From: an uncultured Microbacteriaceae bacterium
GTDB taxonomy: Bacteria > Actinomycetota > Actinomycetes > Actinomycetales > Microbacteriaceae
Assembly: GCA_903857985.1 (NCBI GenBank)
Contig: CAIOGW010000099.1
Coordinates: forward strand, 1-41,692
Direction: 5' to 3'
Length of the DNA: 41,692 nt
Numbering within the stretch: position 1 is the stretch's first letter; every line of letters starts with the position of its first letter. Shown here one piece after another: positions 10,742-20,575 of this stretch. Made by a program: the position numbers and the translations under genes. The notes beneath the pieces were generated by a model that saw only the letters and a list, made by a program, of their open reading frames with translations, was not told the DNA's origin and did not search any database.

Positions 10742-12081
10742 TCGTGACACCGCCGCTCGTCGCGCTGTTCGCTCGTGCCGCGGATGCGTGCGCGGCGACC
10801 GTCTCGGCAGACACGAGCGTGCCGGCATCCACGGTCAGATAGCCGTCGAAGGCCGTGTACGCAACGCGCCCGGGAAGTTCGCGACCGAGGTAGGGAGAAT
10901 TCTGCGACCGGCTGGCCAGCTGTTCGGTCGAGAAGACGTGGCGGTCGGCGGGATCGACGAGGGTCAGGCGCGCTGGTGCGCCAACCACAAGTCCGCTCCA
11001 CTCAAGACGACCAATCTGCGATGGGGCGCGGCTCATCACCCGCTCCACGTCGTTCCAGCTCAGTTGACCGGATTCGACCATCGTGAGCAGAACAATCGAC
11101 AGCGCCGACTCAAGTCCCACCATGCCAAAGGCGGCCACGTCCCATTCGCACTCCTTGGCCTCGGTGGGATGAGGCGCGTGGTCGGTCGCCACGATGTCGA
11201 TGGTGCCATCGGCAAGTCCCTGACGCACTGCCATGACATCCTCGGTCGTGCGAAGGGGCGGGTTCACCTTGAAACGCGCGTCGTACGACTCGGCGAGATC
11301 TTCAGTCAGCAGGAGGTGGTGCGGTGTGACCTCCGCAGTCACACGAATTCCTCGCGCTTTCGCCCAACGGATCACGTCAACCGAGCCCGCAGTGGAGAGG
11401 TGGCACACGTGTAGGGCGGCACCGACACTTTCGGCAATAAGAACGTCTCGGGCGATGATGGTCTCTTCGGCAATGGCCGGCCACCCCGCGAGGCCTAGGC
11501 GCGATGCCACCTCGCCCTCGTTCATCTGCGCGCCTTCCGTGAGCCGCGGTTCCTGGGCGTGCTGAGCAATAACGCCGTCAAAGGAGGACACGTATTCGAG
11601 TGCTCGGCGCATCACCAGCGGGTCGTCAACGCATTTACCATCATCGCTGAACACCCGAACGCGAGCTCGGGAATCAGCCATGCCCTTGAGGTCTGCCAGC
11701 GCGGTTCCGGCCAAACCGGCGGTGACGGCCCCAATCGGCTGCACGTGAACGTATCCGGCCTCACGGCCTCGAGCGAGTTCGAGCTCGACAACGCTCGCGT
11801 TGTCGGCCACAGGCATCGTATTGGCCATGGGAAAAACTGTGGTGAATCCACCTACTGCTGCTGCTTGCGAACCGGTGAGGACGGTTTCACTCTGCTCAAA
11901 ACCCGGTTCTCGCAGGTGCGTGTGCAAATCGACAAGTCCGGGAAGCATCTGTAAGCCGGCAGCATCTACGCTCCGCGCGTCTTTGCTCGTGACCGACCCG
12001 ATTTCGACAATCAGGCCATCACGCACGAGCACATCCGTCTGCTCTCCACTGGGTAGCGTTGCCTGACGAAAGAGCAAGGGT

Positions 12082-12089
<8 letters not shown>
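10734..12089 (-). CDS. pyrC: Dihydroorotase
   Basis: 451 aa. [10 protein letters not shown] metal-binding motif and ATDHAPH motif. 8-nt overlap (ATGAGTGA) with the pyrB stop. Confidence 0.95.
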
Positions 12090-13041
<952 letters not shown>

Positions 13042-13044
13042 TCG

Positions 13045-13578
13045 CTACCCCCCCCGATCGATCTCAACCGCGTCGACGTCGTCTGTCTCGACAAAACACA
13101 CGTTGATGCGCTCTCCCGGTGAGGAGGGAAGATTCTTGCCCACGTAGTCAGCGCGAATGGGAAGTTCACGATGCCCGCGATCGATCAAGACGGCAAGGCG
13201 CACGATGCCGGGGCGACCGAGGTCGGTCAGGGCATCGAGCGCCGCGCGTACGGTGCGTCCCGAGTAGAGCACGTCGTCGACGAGTACGACAGTTGACTGA
13301 TCGATGTCGACGGGCACGGTCGTGGGTGCGGGCTCGCGCATCGGGTTGTCGTGCAGGTCATCGCGATACATCGTGACGTCCAGCGAGCCCAGGGGAACGG
13401 TCGCTCCGTCAATCTCAAAAATAGCCGCGGCAATGCGGGCGGCAAGTGTCACGCCGCGCGTGGGAATACCGAGAAGCACGAGGTTGTCGCTGCCACGATT
13501 AGATTCAAGAATCTCGTGGGCGATGCGCGTTACAGCGCGTGCCACGTCAGCCGACTGCATGACGGTGTTCGCAGTCAT
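13045..13578 (-). CDS. pyrR: Bifunctional pyrimidine operon regulator / uracil phosphoribosyltransferase PyrR
   Basis: 177 aa with the PRTase motif [21 protein letters not shown]. First gene of the pyr cluster, with a GGAGG RBS 6 nt upstream of the ATG. Confidence 0.95.
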   Translation of the reverse strand: MTANTVMQSADVARAVTRIAHEILESNRGSDNLVLLGIPTRGVTLAARIAAAIFEIDGATVPLGSLDVTMYRDDLHDNPMREPAPTTVPVDIDQSTVVLVDDVLYSGRTVRAALDALTDLGRPGIVRLAVLIDRGHRELPIRADYVGKNLPSSPGERINVCFVETDDVDAVEIDRGG

Positions 13579-13589
13579 CCTGACCTCCT

Positions 13590-13612
13590 TCCCCGCCTCT
13601 CTGGACGGCTTT
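13590..13612 (-). promoter_or_regulatory. PyrR-binding RNA element (binding loop) immediately 5' of, and abutting, the pyrR Shine-Dalgarno
   Basis: The minus-strand transcript reads UUUAAAGCCGUCCAGAGAGGCGGGGAAGGAGGUCAGGAUG. It contains the conserved PyrR recognition core UCCAGAGAGG inside a GCC/GGC-closed stem, directly followed by the GGAGG RBS and the ATG. Confidence 0.8.
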
Positions 13613-13644
13613 AAAGGATGTCTAATTACCTTGACTGTATCAGG

Positions 13645-14052
13645 TCATCGATTCGCGATGGTACTCAACAGGCCGTTGACGAACCCGGAAGACTCTTCTG
13701 TGCTCAGTTCGCCGGCCAGAGACACCGCCTCGGACGTCGCAACTCCTGCGGGAATATCTGGGTTGAAAAGAATCTCCCAGGCTGCACAACGCACGATTGC
13801 CCGGTCAACAGCGGGCATGCGCTCGAGTGTCCAGCCGCGGGAATTCTGCGAAATAACTTCGTCGATTTTTTCAAGGTTCTCAACCACACCGTCCACAATG
13901 TCGCGTGCGTAGAGCCACGACGTCTCCCTATCGGGCTCAGATGCCGCGCGCAGTGCTTCGGCGGCAACAATTTCATTTACCGATACACCGCGCACGTCGG
14001 CGGCGAAGAGCATGTCTACCGCACGTTTGCGGGCCTTGGTGCGGGCACTCAC
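13645..14052 (-). CDS. nusB: Transcription antitermination factor NusB
   Basis: 135 aa. ARTKARKRAVDMLFAADVRG N-terminus and AVDRAIVRCAAWEIL motif. Downstream of efp. Confidence 0.93.
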   Translation of the reverse strand: MSARTKARKRAVDMLFAADVRGVSVNEIVAAEALRAASEPDRETSWLYARDIVDGVVENLEKIDEVISQNSRGWTLERMPAVDRAIVRCAAWEILFNPDIPAGVATSEAVSLAGELSTEESSGFVNGLLSTIANR

Positions 14053-14055
14053 GAT

Positions 14056-14619
14056 CTAGTCGTTGACGCGACCGAGGTAGTCACCCGTGCGGGTATCGAC
14101 CTTCACCTTGGTACCGGTCTCAAGAAACAACGGCACCTGAATTTCGTAGCCCGTCTCGACGGTTGCGGGCTTTGTGCCTCCAGTTGAGCGGTCACCCTGG
14201 AGCCCCGGCTCGGTGTAGGTGATTTCAAGAATGACACTCGTGGGCAATTCAATGTAGAGCGGCGAACCCTCGTGAATGGCCAGCTGCACGTCTTGATTCT
14301 CCAGCATGAAGTTCGCAGCATCACCAACGGTTGTGGCCGGAACGCTCAACTGCTCGTAGGTGTTCTTGTCCATGAAGATGAACTCGCTGCCATCGTTGTA
14401 CAGATACTGAAAGTCACGACGGTCGACGTTGGCGGTCTCAATCTTGGTGCCCGCGTTGTAGGTCTTGTCGACCACCTTGCCCGACACCACGTTCTTCATC
14501 TTGGTGCGCACAAAAGCGCCGCCCTTGCCCGGCTTGACGTGCTGAAACTCGATAACCGACCACAGCTGACCGTCGATATTGATGACGATGCCGTTCTTGA
14601 TATCAGCGGTACTGGCCAT
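14056..14619 (-). CDS. efp: Elongation factor P
   Basis: 187 aa. [41 protein letters not shown] is a canonical EF-P N-terminus. Confidence 0.97.
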   Translation of the reverse strand: MASTADIKNGIVINIDGQLWSVIEFQHVKPGKGGAFVRTKMKNVVSGKVVDKTYNAGTKIETANVDRRDFQYLYNDGSEFIFMDKNTYEQLSVPATTVGDAANFMLENQDVQLAIHEGSPLYIELPTSVILEITYTEPGLQGDRSTGGTKPATVETGYEIQVPLFLETGTKVKVDTRTGDYLGRVND

Positions 14620-14649
14620 GGTGAGTCTTCTTTCCGTCGGAACGTCAGG

Positions 14650-15093
14650 TTATTTGTCGAGCGAGATTAGGTAGCGCAGGGCGAGTCGGTAGGACTCGAA
14701 ACCGAATCCGGCAATAACACCCGTTGCGACAGGAGAAATCACCGAATCGCGCCGGAATTCTTCGCGCGCGTGTGGGTTGGAGATATGCACCTCAATCACG
14801 GGAATACCGGCTCCCGAGAGCATGGCGACAGCGTCGCGGAGAGCGTAGCTGTAGTGCGTAAAGGCAGCGGGGTTGATGATCACCGGCGTCTTGGCATCGG
14901 TGGCTTCGTGCAACCAGCCCATGAGTTCTGGTTCAGAGTCCGACTGACGAACATCAATCTGCCAGTCGGGAGCATCAGCAGTGAGCAGCTTCGTCAGGTC
15001 TGCGAGCGACGCCGTTCCATAGATTTCAGGCTCACGTGTACCCAGACGTCCCAGGTTGGGACCGTTGAGCACCAGAACGCGTTTCATGCTCAC
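14650..15093 (-). CDS. aroQ: Type II 3-dehydroquinate dehydratase
   Basis: 147 aa from GTG 15093; the alternative ATG at 15087 gives MKRVLVLNGPNLGRLG. Motifs INPAAFTHYSYALRDA and EVHISNPHAREEFR. Confidence 0.94.
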   Translation of the reverse strand: MSMKRVLVLNGPNLGRLGTREPEIYGTASLADLTKLLTADAPDWQIDVRQSDSEPELMGWLHEATDAKTPVIINPAAFTHYSYALRDAVAMLSGAGIPVIEVHISNPHAREEFRRDSVISPVATGVIAGFGFESYRLALRYLISLDK

Positions 15094-15107
15094 CAGACTA
15101 CCGGCGA

Positions 15108-16190
15108 CTAACCGGCGATCTCCTGATACGCCGCGAACAGCAGGCTCGTGTCTGGCACTTCAAGAGTCTTGGGGCGCCCCAGCGACTCGAGGACGACAAA
15201 CCGCAACAGGGAGCCGCGAGCCTTCTTATCTCGTCGCATCGTGGCCAGCAAAGTTTCCCAGCGGCCCGCGGAGTAGGTAATCGGCAGTCCCAAGAGTTCG
15301 AGAACCTTTCGGTGCCGATCTACCGTGGCATCGTCGAGATTGCTCGTGAGTCGAGAGAGCTCGGCAGCAAACACCATGCCAATGCTGATCGCCGCGCCGT
15401 GACGCCACTGGTAGCGCTCGGCATGTTCAATCGCGTGTCCCAGCGTGTGTCCGTAGTTGAGAATCTCGCGCAGAGAGGCCTCACGAAAATCCTCGGAGAC
15501 CACTCGAGCCTTGATCCCCACGGACTTCTCAACCAACAGACGGAAGACCTCCGACGTCGGGTCGGTGGCAACGGCCACATCCGCTTCGATGAGATCGAGA
15601 ATTTCGGGGTCGGCGATGAAGCCATACTTCACGACCTCGGCCATGCCTGCGAGCAGTTCGTTTCGCGGCAGCGATTCAACAAGGGCAACATCGCAGATGA
15701 CGGCTGCCGGAGCGGAGAAAGCTCCCACAAGATTCTTACCTTCGGCCGTATTGATGCCCGTCTTCCCGCCTACCGAGGCATCGACCATTCCCAAAACGGT
15801 CGTGGGGATGCTGATGAAACGAACACCGCGCAACCACGTGGCAGCAACGAACCCGGCCAGGTCGGTCACGGCTCCCCCGCCCAGCCCGATAATGGCGTCG
15901 GTACGCGTGAAGTCAGACTGACCCAAAACCTGCCAGCAGAACGCAGCCACTTCTACGCGCTTGGCCGCCTCCGCATCGGGCACTTCGGCGAGAAGCACGG
16001 TGAACTCGCCGGAGAGGGCATCGCGCAACTCGGCAGCCACAAGCTCCAGTGCCGGCTGGTGCACAATCAGAACCTTCTTGACGCCGGCGAGAGCGTCGGT
16101 CAACACATCGGTGCCCAGCAGCAAATCCCGACCGACGGTCACAACGTAGTCGCCCCCGGCAGAGACGGGAATGGTTGCGACACTAGACAT
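15108..16190 (-). CDS. aroB: 3-dehydroquinate synthase
   Basis: The track ORF (to 16280) is trimmed to ATG 16190 (MSSVATIPV), which overlaps the aroK stop by 8 nt. Motifs GGGAVTDLAGFVAATWLRGV, DASVGGKTGIN and NYGHTLGHAIE. Confidence 0.93.
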   Translation of the reverse strand: MSSVATIPVSAGGDYVVTVGRDLLLGTDVLTDALAGVKKVLIVHQPALELVAAELRDALSGEFTVLLAEVPDAEAAKRVEVAAFCWQVLGQSDFTRTDAIIGLGGGAVTDLAGFVAATWLRGVRFISIPTTVLGMVDASVGGKTGINTAEGKNLVGAFSAPAAVICDVALVESLPRNELLAGMAEVVKYGFIADPEILDLIEADVAVATDPTSEVFRLLVEKSVGIKARVVSEDFREASLREILNYGHTLGHAIEHAERYQWRHGAAISIGMVFAAELSRLTSNLDDATVDRHRKVLELLGLPITYSAGRWETLLATMRRDKKARGSLLRFVVLESLGRPKTLEVPDTSLLFAAYQEIAG

Positions 16191-16719
16191 TGAGGGCCTT
16201 CCATTCCCGTGGATAACCCGCGCGAACCCACTGGGCAATGTTCGCGGCCATGTCATCGAGACGGCCCGACGAGGTGTCAATCGTTATCGAGGCGAGACGT
16301 TCGTATATCGGCCGACGCTCGGCAAAAATCTCTTTCCAACGCACGAGGCCGTTCTCTGCAAGAAGAGGGCGCTTGTCGTTGCTAATGCGCCACGCTACCG
16401 CCTCCGGCGTGACCGTGAGGTAGACCACGGGCAGTCGCTCCAAGTCGTGCTGCGTGTCGGGATCCAGCACTGCTCCGCCGCCCAGGCTCACAATGGCTGG
16501 GTCACTGAGGGCACGCACCACGTGCTCGCGCTCGATAGCGCGGAAGGCTTTTTCGCCCTGCTCGGCAAAGATGTCTGAAATAGAACCGAACTCGGCGACG
16601 ATTGTTTTGTCGGTATCAACGTTGTCAACCCCGAGCTCGTTCGCCACACGCCGTCCAATCTTGGACTTGCCCGAGGCCATGGGGCCAATCAGCACGGCCA
16701 GCGCACGGGGCATGCTCAC
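16183..16719 (-). CDS. aroK: Shikimate kinase
   Basis: 178 aa with Walker [13 protein letters not shown] and SLGGGAV. GTG 16719 gives a GTGA overlap with the aroC stop; an alternative ATG lies at 16713. Confidence 0.92.
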   Translation of the reverse strand: MSMPRALAVLIGPMASGKSKIGRRVANELGVDNVDTDKTIVAEFGSISDIFAEQGEKAFRAIEREHVVRALSDPAIVSLGGGAVLDPDTQHDLERLPVVYLTVTPEAVAWRISNDKRPLLAENGLVRWKEIFAERRPIYERLASITIDTSSGRLDDMAANIAQWVRAGYPREWKALNV

Positions 16720-17915
16720 TCAGCGTCGCCCTGCGTGACGAGAGACGCCGGGATATGTGCCAGGTATGACTCAAGGTTGCGTTTCGTTTCGGACAGCGAG
16801 TCACCACCGAACTTATCGAGTACGGCATTGGCGATGACCAGCATGACCATTGCTTCGGCAACAACCCCGGCCGCGGGTACAGCGCAGACGTCCGATCGCT
16901 GGTGGTGGGCCGGTGCAGCATCACCTGTGGTCACGTCAACCGTCTTGAGCGCGTGCGGCACTGTGGCAATGGGCTTCATTCCAGCGCGAACGCGCAGAAC
17001 GGTGCCTGTCGACATGCCACCCTCAGTACCACCGGCACGATCAGTGGTTCGCGAAATACCGGAGTCCGAAGCAAAGAGTTCGTCGTGCGCCACCGAACCG
17101 CGACGACGCGTGGTTTCGAACCCGTCGCCCACCTCAACACCCTTGATGGCCTGGATGCCCATCAGGGCAGCAGCCAGCTGAGAATCAAGGCGCTTGTCCC
17201 AGTGAGTGAAAGATCCGAGCCCTGGCGGGAGTCCGTAGGCATTTACTTCGACGACACCGCCGATGGTGTCGCCCTCTTTGTGAACAGCTTCCACCTCGGC
17301 GTGCATGAGAGCCGCGGTTTCGGCGTGAAAGCAGCGCATTTCGTCCGCGTCAATGAGCACAACGTCATCGGGGTGTGGCAGCGGAGCAGAAAGCGGAACC
17401 GCAACCGGCCCAATGGCCACGGTGTGACTGACAAAGCGGATGCCGAGTTCGGCAAGAAAACTGCGCGCCACGGCTCCGAGAGCGACGCGCGTGGCCGTTT
17501 CACGCGCGCTGGCGCGTTCCAAAACTGGGCGTGATTCGTCGAAGTTGTACTTCTGCATACCCACGAGGTCGGCGTGTCCGGGGCGAGGGCGCGTGAGTTT
17601 GGCGCCGCGGCCCGACTCCGACATTTCTCCCTCCAGCGGGTAGGGGCTCATGACCTCTTCCCACTTGGGCCATTCGGAGTTTCCGATGCGCAGTGCGATC
17701 GGGCCCCCCAGAGACACGCCGTGGCGCACCCCGGTGGCAATACTCAGGTCGTCCTGCTCGAACTTCATGCGCGCACCGCGGCCAAAACCGAGACGACGCC
17801 TCGCCAAATCCGCCTGAATGGTCTCGCGCAAAACCGGCACGCCCGCAGGCAGACCCTCGATCACCCCGATGAGTTCGGGACCGTGGGATTCACCTGCTGT
17901 CAGCCAACGCAACAT
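16716..17915 (-). CDS. aroC: Chorismate synthase
   Basis: 399 aa. [16 protein letters not shown]-terminus plus RPGHADL and [10 protein letters not shown] motifs. Confidence 0.96.
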   Translation of the reverse strand: MLRWLTAGESHGPELIGVIEGLPAGVPVLRETIQADLARRRLGFGRGARMKFEQDDLSIATGVRHGVSLGGPIALRIGNSEWPKWEEVMSPYPLEGEMSESGRGAKLTRPRPGHADLVGMQKYNFDESRPVLERASARETATRVALGAVARSFLAELGIRFVSHTVAIGPVAVPLSAPLPHPDDVVLIDADEMRCFHAETAALMHAEVEAVHKEGDTIGGVVEVNAYGLPPGLGSFTHWDKRLDSQLAAALMGIQAIKGVEVGDGFETTRRRGSVAHDELFASDSGISRTTDRAGGTEGGMSTGTVLRVRAGMKPIATVPHALKTVDVTTGDAAPAHHQRSDVCAVPAAGVVAEAMVMLVIANAVLDKFGGDSLSETKRNLESYLAHIPASLVTQGDAE

Positions 17916-17992
17916 GACTCAAGTCTGGCACAGCCGACTCGCGTCTCTAGCGCACCACAAACGTGACCAGCACACGACAGCGTGGCAGGAAA

Positions 17993-18886
17993 CTAATTGC
18001 CAGCTAGGGAAGCGTCGAAAAAATCGCCCAGTTCGACGGCGGCTGACATGGCCTGGAAGATCTCGCCTTCGTTATCGAGCGCCACGTCTGGCGAACCGGA
18101 GAAAAAAACACGCACCTGGATAACGGCCTGGCGCACCAGCATGTGCAGCCCACTAACCACATCACCCCCGGCAGCCTGCCACTTAACAGCGCGTAGCGTC
18201 GGCCACGGCGCGTACGCCACGTCGATAAAGGCCCGACGAGCAAGTCCACCATCGGGTAAATCAAGATCAACACTGCCGGGAAGAGTGCAGATGGTGACTG
18301 TGCTTGAGGAGATGGCGCCAAATGAGGAGAGATCGTGGACGGTCGCCAGCACTCCCGAAGCCTGAGCCGCCGCAATCGCGTTGGACGCTCGGTTCGTGTC
18401 ACGAACGAAAATGTCTACACTCTCAACGCCGGCCTTCGCCGCCGCAGCGACGGCTGACACGGCTGTCGCTCCCCCACCGAGGACGGCGATGCTTGCCGGA
18501 CGAGGGCCCGTGTCTACTCCGTGGGCTGCCATCTCGCGAGACGCGTCGAGAATGACGCTGGCGAGGGCGGCCACATCGGTGTTGTAGCCAAATTTCTGCT
18601 TCGTCTCGTGGTCAAACACGAGCGTATTGCAGGCCCCCGTCAGAGCCGTATCGGCATCGACGACATCCGCTATCTCGGTCGCTCGGTACTTGAGGGGCAT
18701 CGTCAACGAGAGGCCTACCCAGGAATGGTCACGGGACGCAACGTATTCGTCGAGCAGACTCTCTGTGACGTCAGCCCGGCCATAGGTCCAATCGAGCCCG
18801 AGCGCCTCATAAGCGGCGCGATGAAGCGTGGGAGAAAGCGAGTGGTCGATGGGATGCCCCAGGACCGCGAGCTGTCTACTCGTCAT
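17993..18886 (-). CDS. aroE: Shikimate dehydrogenase
   Basis: 297 aa. LGHPIDHSLSPTLHRAAY, LSLTMPLK, YNTD and a Rossmann VLGGGATAVSA motif. The start overlaps the mltG stop by 11 nt. Confidence 0.88.
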   Translation of the reverse strand: MTSRQLAVLGHPIDHSLSPTLHRAAYEALGLDWTYGRADVTESLLDEYVASRDHSWVGLSLTMPLKYRATEIADVVDADTALTGACNTLVFDHETKQKFGYNTDVAALASVILDASREMAAHGVDTGPRPASIAVLGGGATAVSAVAAAAKAGVESVDIFVRDTNRASNAIAAAQASGVLATVHDLSSFGAISSSTVTICTLPGSVDLDLPDGGLARRAFIDVAYAPWPTLRAVKWQAAGGDVVSGLHMLVRQAVIQVRVFFSGSPDVALDNEGEIFQAMSAAVELGDFFDASLAGN

Positions 18887-20081
18887 GCTCCGGGTTTTCT
18901 CGAAGCCATTGATCCCAGACCTCTACAGCGGCTAGGTGCTCATCGACGGTTGTGGAGAAAATCGTCTCACCCGTCTCATAGTTCACACACACGAAGTAGA
19001 ACCACGGTCCCTCAATGGGATTGAGCGCTGCGTTGATGGCCACATCGCCAGGGTTAGAGATGGGCGCATAGAGAGGACCGGGGTGCACATACGTGTTGTA
19101 GGGGTTGTTGGTGTCAGCTCGCTCTTCAACCGTTGTTTCAACGCGCTTAACCCCGGCGCCATAAGCGACGGTGGCGTCTGATTCGAGCAGACCCGTAGGC
19201 CACATGCCTTCGTCGAGGCGATTCCAGAAAACGCGAGAGACCTTGGGGAAGTCGGACGCAGCGCCCGCTTCTTTCTGAATCAGCGATGCCATGGTGATGA
19301 TGCGGAATCGGTCCGCCTCAGCGACTCCGGCCTCGTCAAGCGCCTGGAAGCAACGATCAACCATCGTCTGCAAGATGTCGCGCGCGCTGGTACCCGGCGT
19401 GAACCTGTACGTGGCGGGGAAAAGGAACCCCTCAAGCTTTGGCGCTTCGGCGGGAACACCGAACGAGGCAACATCGTTGGCCGTACTCTGCAGGTCGGCC
19501 AGCGCAATTCCTGTGGATTCGGAAATGATCTCTAGGATCCCGGCCTCGGATGTTCCCTCGGGAATGGCGACGGTATCCACCTGGGCATTGTCGGGATTGA
19601 GCAAAGCCTCGAGAGCCGCAGCGGCAGACATCTTCTCTTTGAGCGTGAAGACACCGGGCACGAAGTTTGGCGCCGGTTCGGTGATCAGGAGTAATTCATA
19701 AAAAGACTCAAACGAGGCTGTCACGCCCTCCTCATAGAGGTTCATGGCGATCACCTCGCCATTGTCACCCTCATTGATAGTGAAGTTGACTGTACCCGTG
19801 CCACTGCCCTCGTAATCACCGGGCCCCGGGTTGATGATCGAATCGAGCACGCCGGTGGCATAGAGGGTGCCTCCGGTCACACCTAGCAACACAACGCAAC
19901 CAACACTGATGAGCGTGATGAGCAGCCCACGCTTTTTGCCCGATCGACCGCGACGTCCGCCACCGGATGACTGCGGGGCGTGATGTGGGGCATGAGGTGC
20001 CGTGTCTCCCGGCCCGTCAGACGACATGGCGTGAGGAACGTAACCTGCGTTGCCGGATTCCTGCGGTTCACTGTTCGTCAT
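18876..20081 (-). CDS. mltG: Endolytic murein transglycosylase MltG (YceG-like)
   Basis: The track ORF (to 20186) is trimmed to ATG 20081 (MTNSEPQ), which overlaps the ruvX stop by 14 nt. Architecture is a disordered N-terminus, one TM helix (LLITLISVGCVVLLGVTGG) and a YceG domain (ASLIQKEA, NPYNTYVHPGPLYAPISNPG). Confidence 0.9.
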   Translation of the reverse strand: MTNSEPQESGNAGYVPHAMSSDGPGDTAPHAPHHAPQSSGGGRRGRSGKKRGLLITLISVGCVVLLGVTGGTLYATGVLDSIINPGPGDYEGSGTGTVNFTINEGDNGEVIAMNLYEEGVTASFESFYELLLITEPAPNFVPGVFTLKEKMSAAAALEALLNPDNAQVDTVAIPEGTSEAGILEIISESTGIALADLQSTANDVASFGVPAEAPKLEGFLFPATYRFTPGTSARDILQTMVDRCFQALDEAGVAEADRFRIITMASLIQKEAGAASDFPKVSRVFWNRLDEGMWPTGLLESDATVAYGAGVKRVETTVEERADTNNPYNTYVHPGPLYAPISNPGDVAINAALNPIEGPWFYFVCVNYETGETIFSTTVDEHLAAVEVWDQWLRENPEHDE

Positions 20082-20544
20082 CGTGCATCTCAACAATCTC
20101 CATAAATGCCCAGCCGGCGGGTCGATCACTCTGGCGCTCGGTGTCGAGAGCCTGCTGCAATAGGGTAACAGCGGCAATCTGGTCAATTACTGAACGACCT
20201 GCTCGTTGCGACCTCCCGGAGCTTCTCAGGGCGGCCTGAGCCGTAGTCGTTGTCAGGCGCTCGTCAATCATGCGCACGGAAATGTCGACGCGTTCGCTAA
20301 TAGCCTGAGCCAGTTCGTAGGCGTGTCGTGTAGACGCCGTCCAACGCCCCGAAAGGCTGAGGGGAAGCCCGACGATGACCGTTGACACATCGTGCTCTGC
20401 GATAACCGCGATAACACGATCAATTTCGTTCGAGTCGACCGCCACCGTTTCGAGCGGCATGGCAAGCAGCCCGTCACGATCAGACATCGCGAGACCGATG
20501 CGCGCACGTCCGGGGTCGATACCGAGCCGGATACCACGTTCCAC
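20068..20544 (-). CDS. ruvX: Putative pre-16S rRNA nuclease / Holliday junction resolvase-like YqgF
   Basis: 158 aa. RLGIDPGRARIGLAMSD N-terminus and DERLTT motif. Sits in the alaS-ruvX-mltG synteny. Confidence 0.9.
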   Translation of the reverse strand: MERGIRLGIDPGRARIGLAMSDRDGLLAMPLETVAVDSNEIDRVIAVIAEHDVSTVIVGLPLSLSGRWTASTRHAYELAQAISERVDISVRMIDERLTTTTAQAALRSSGRSQRAGRSVIDQIAAVTLLQQALDTERQSDRPAGWAFMEIVEMHDDEQ

Positions 20545-20575
20545 TAGCTGTGCTCCACGAAAACGGGCATTGCGG

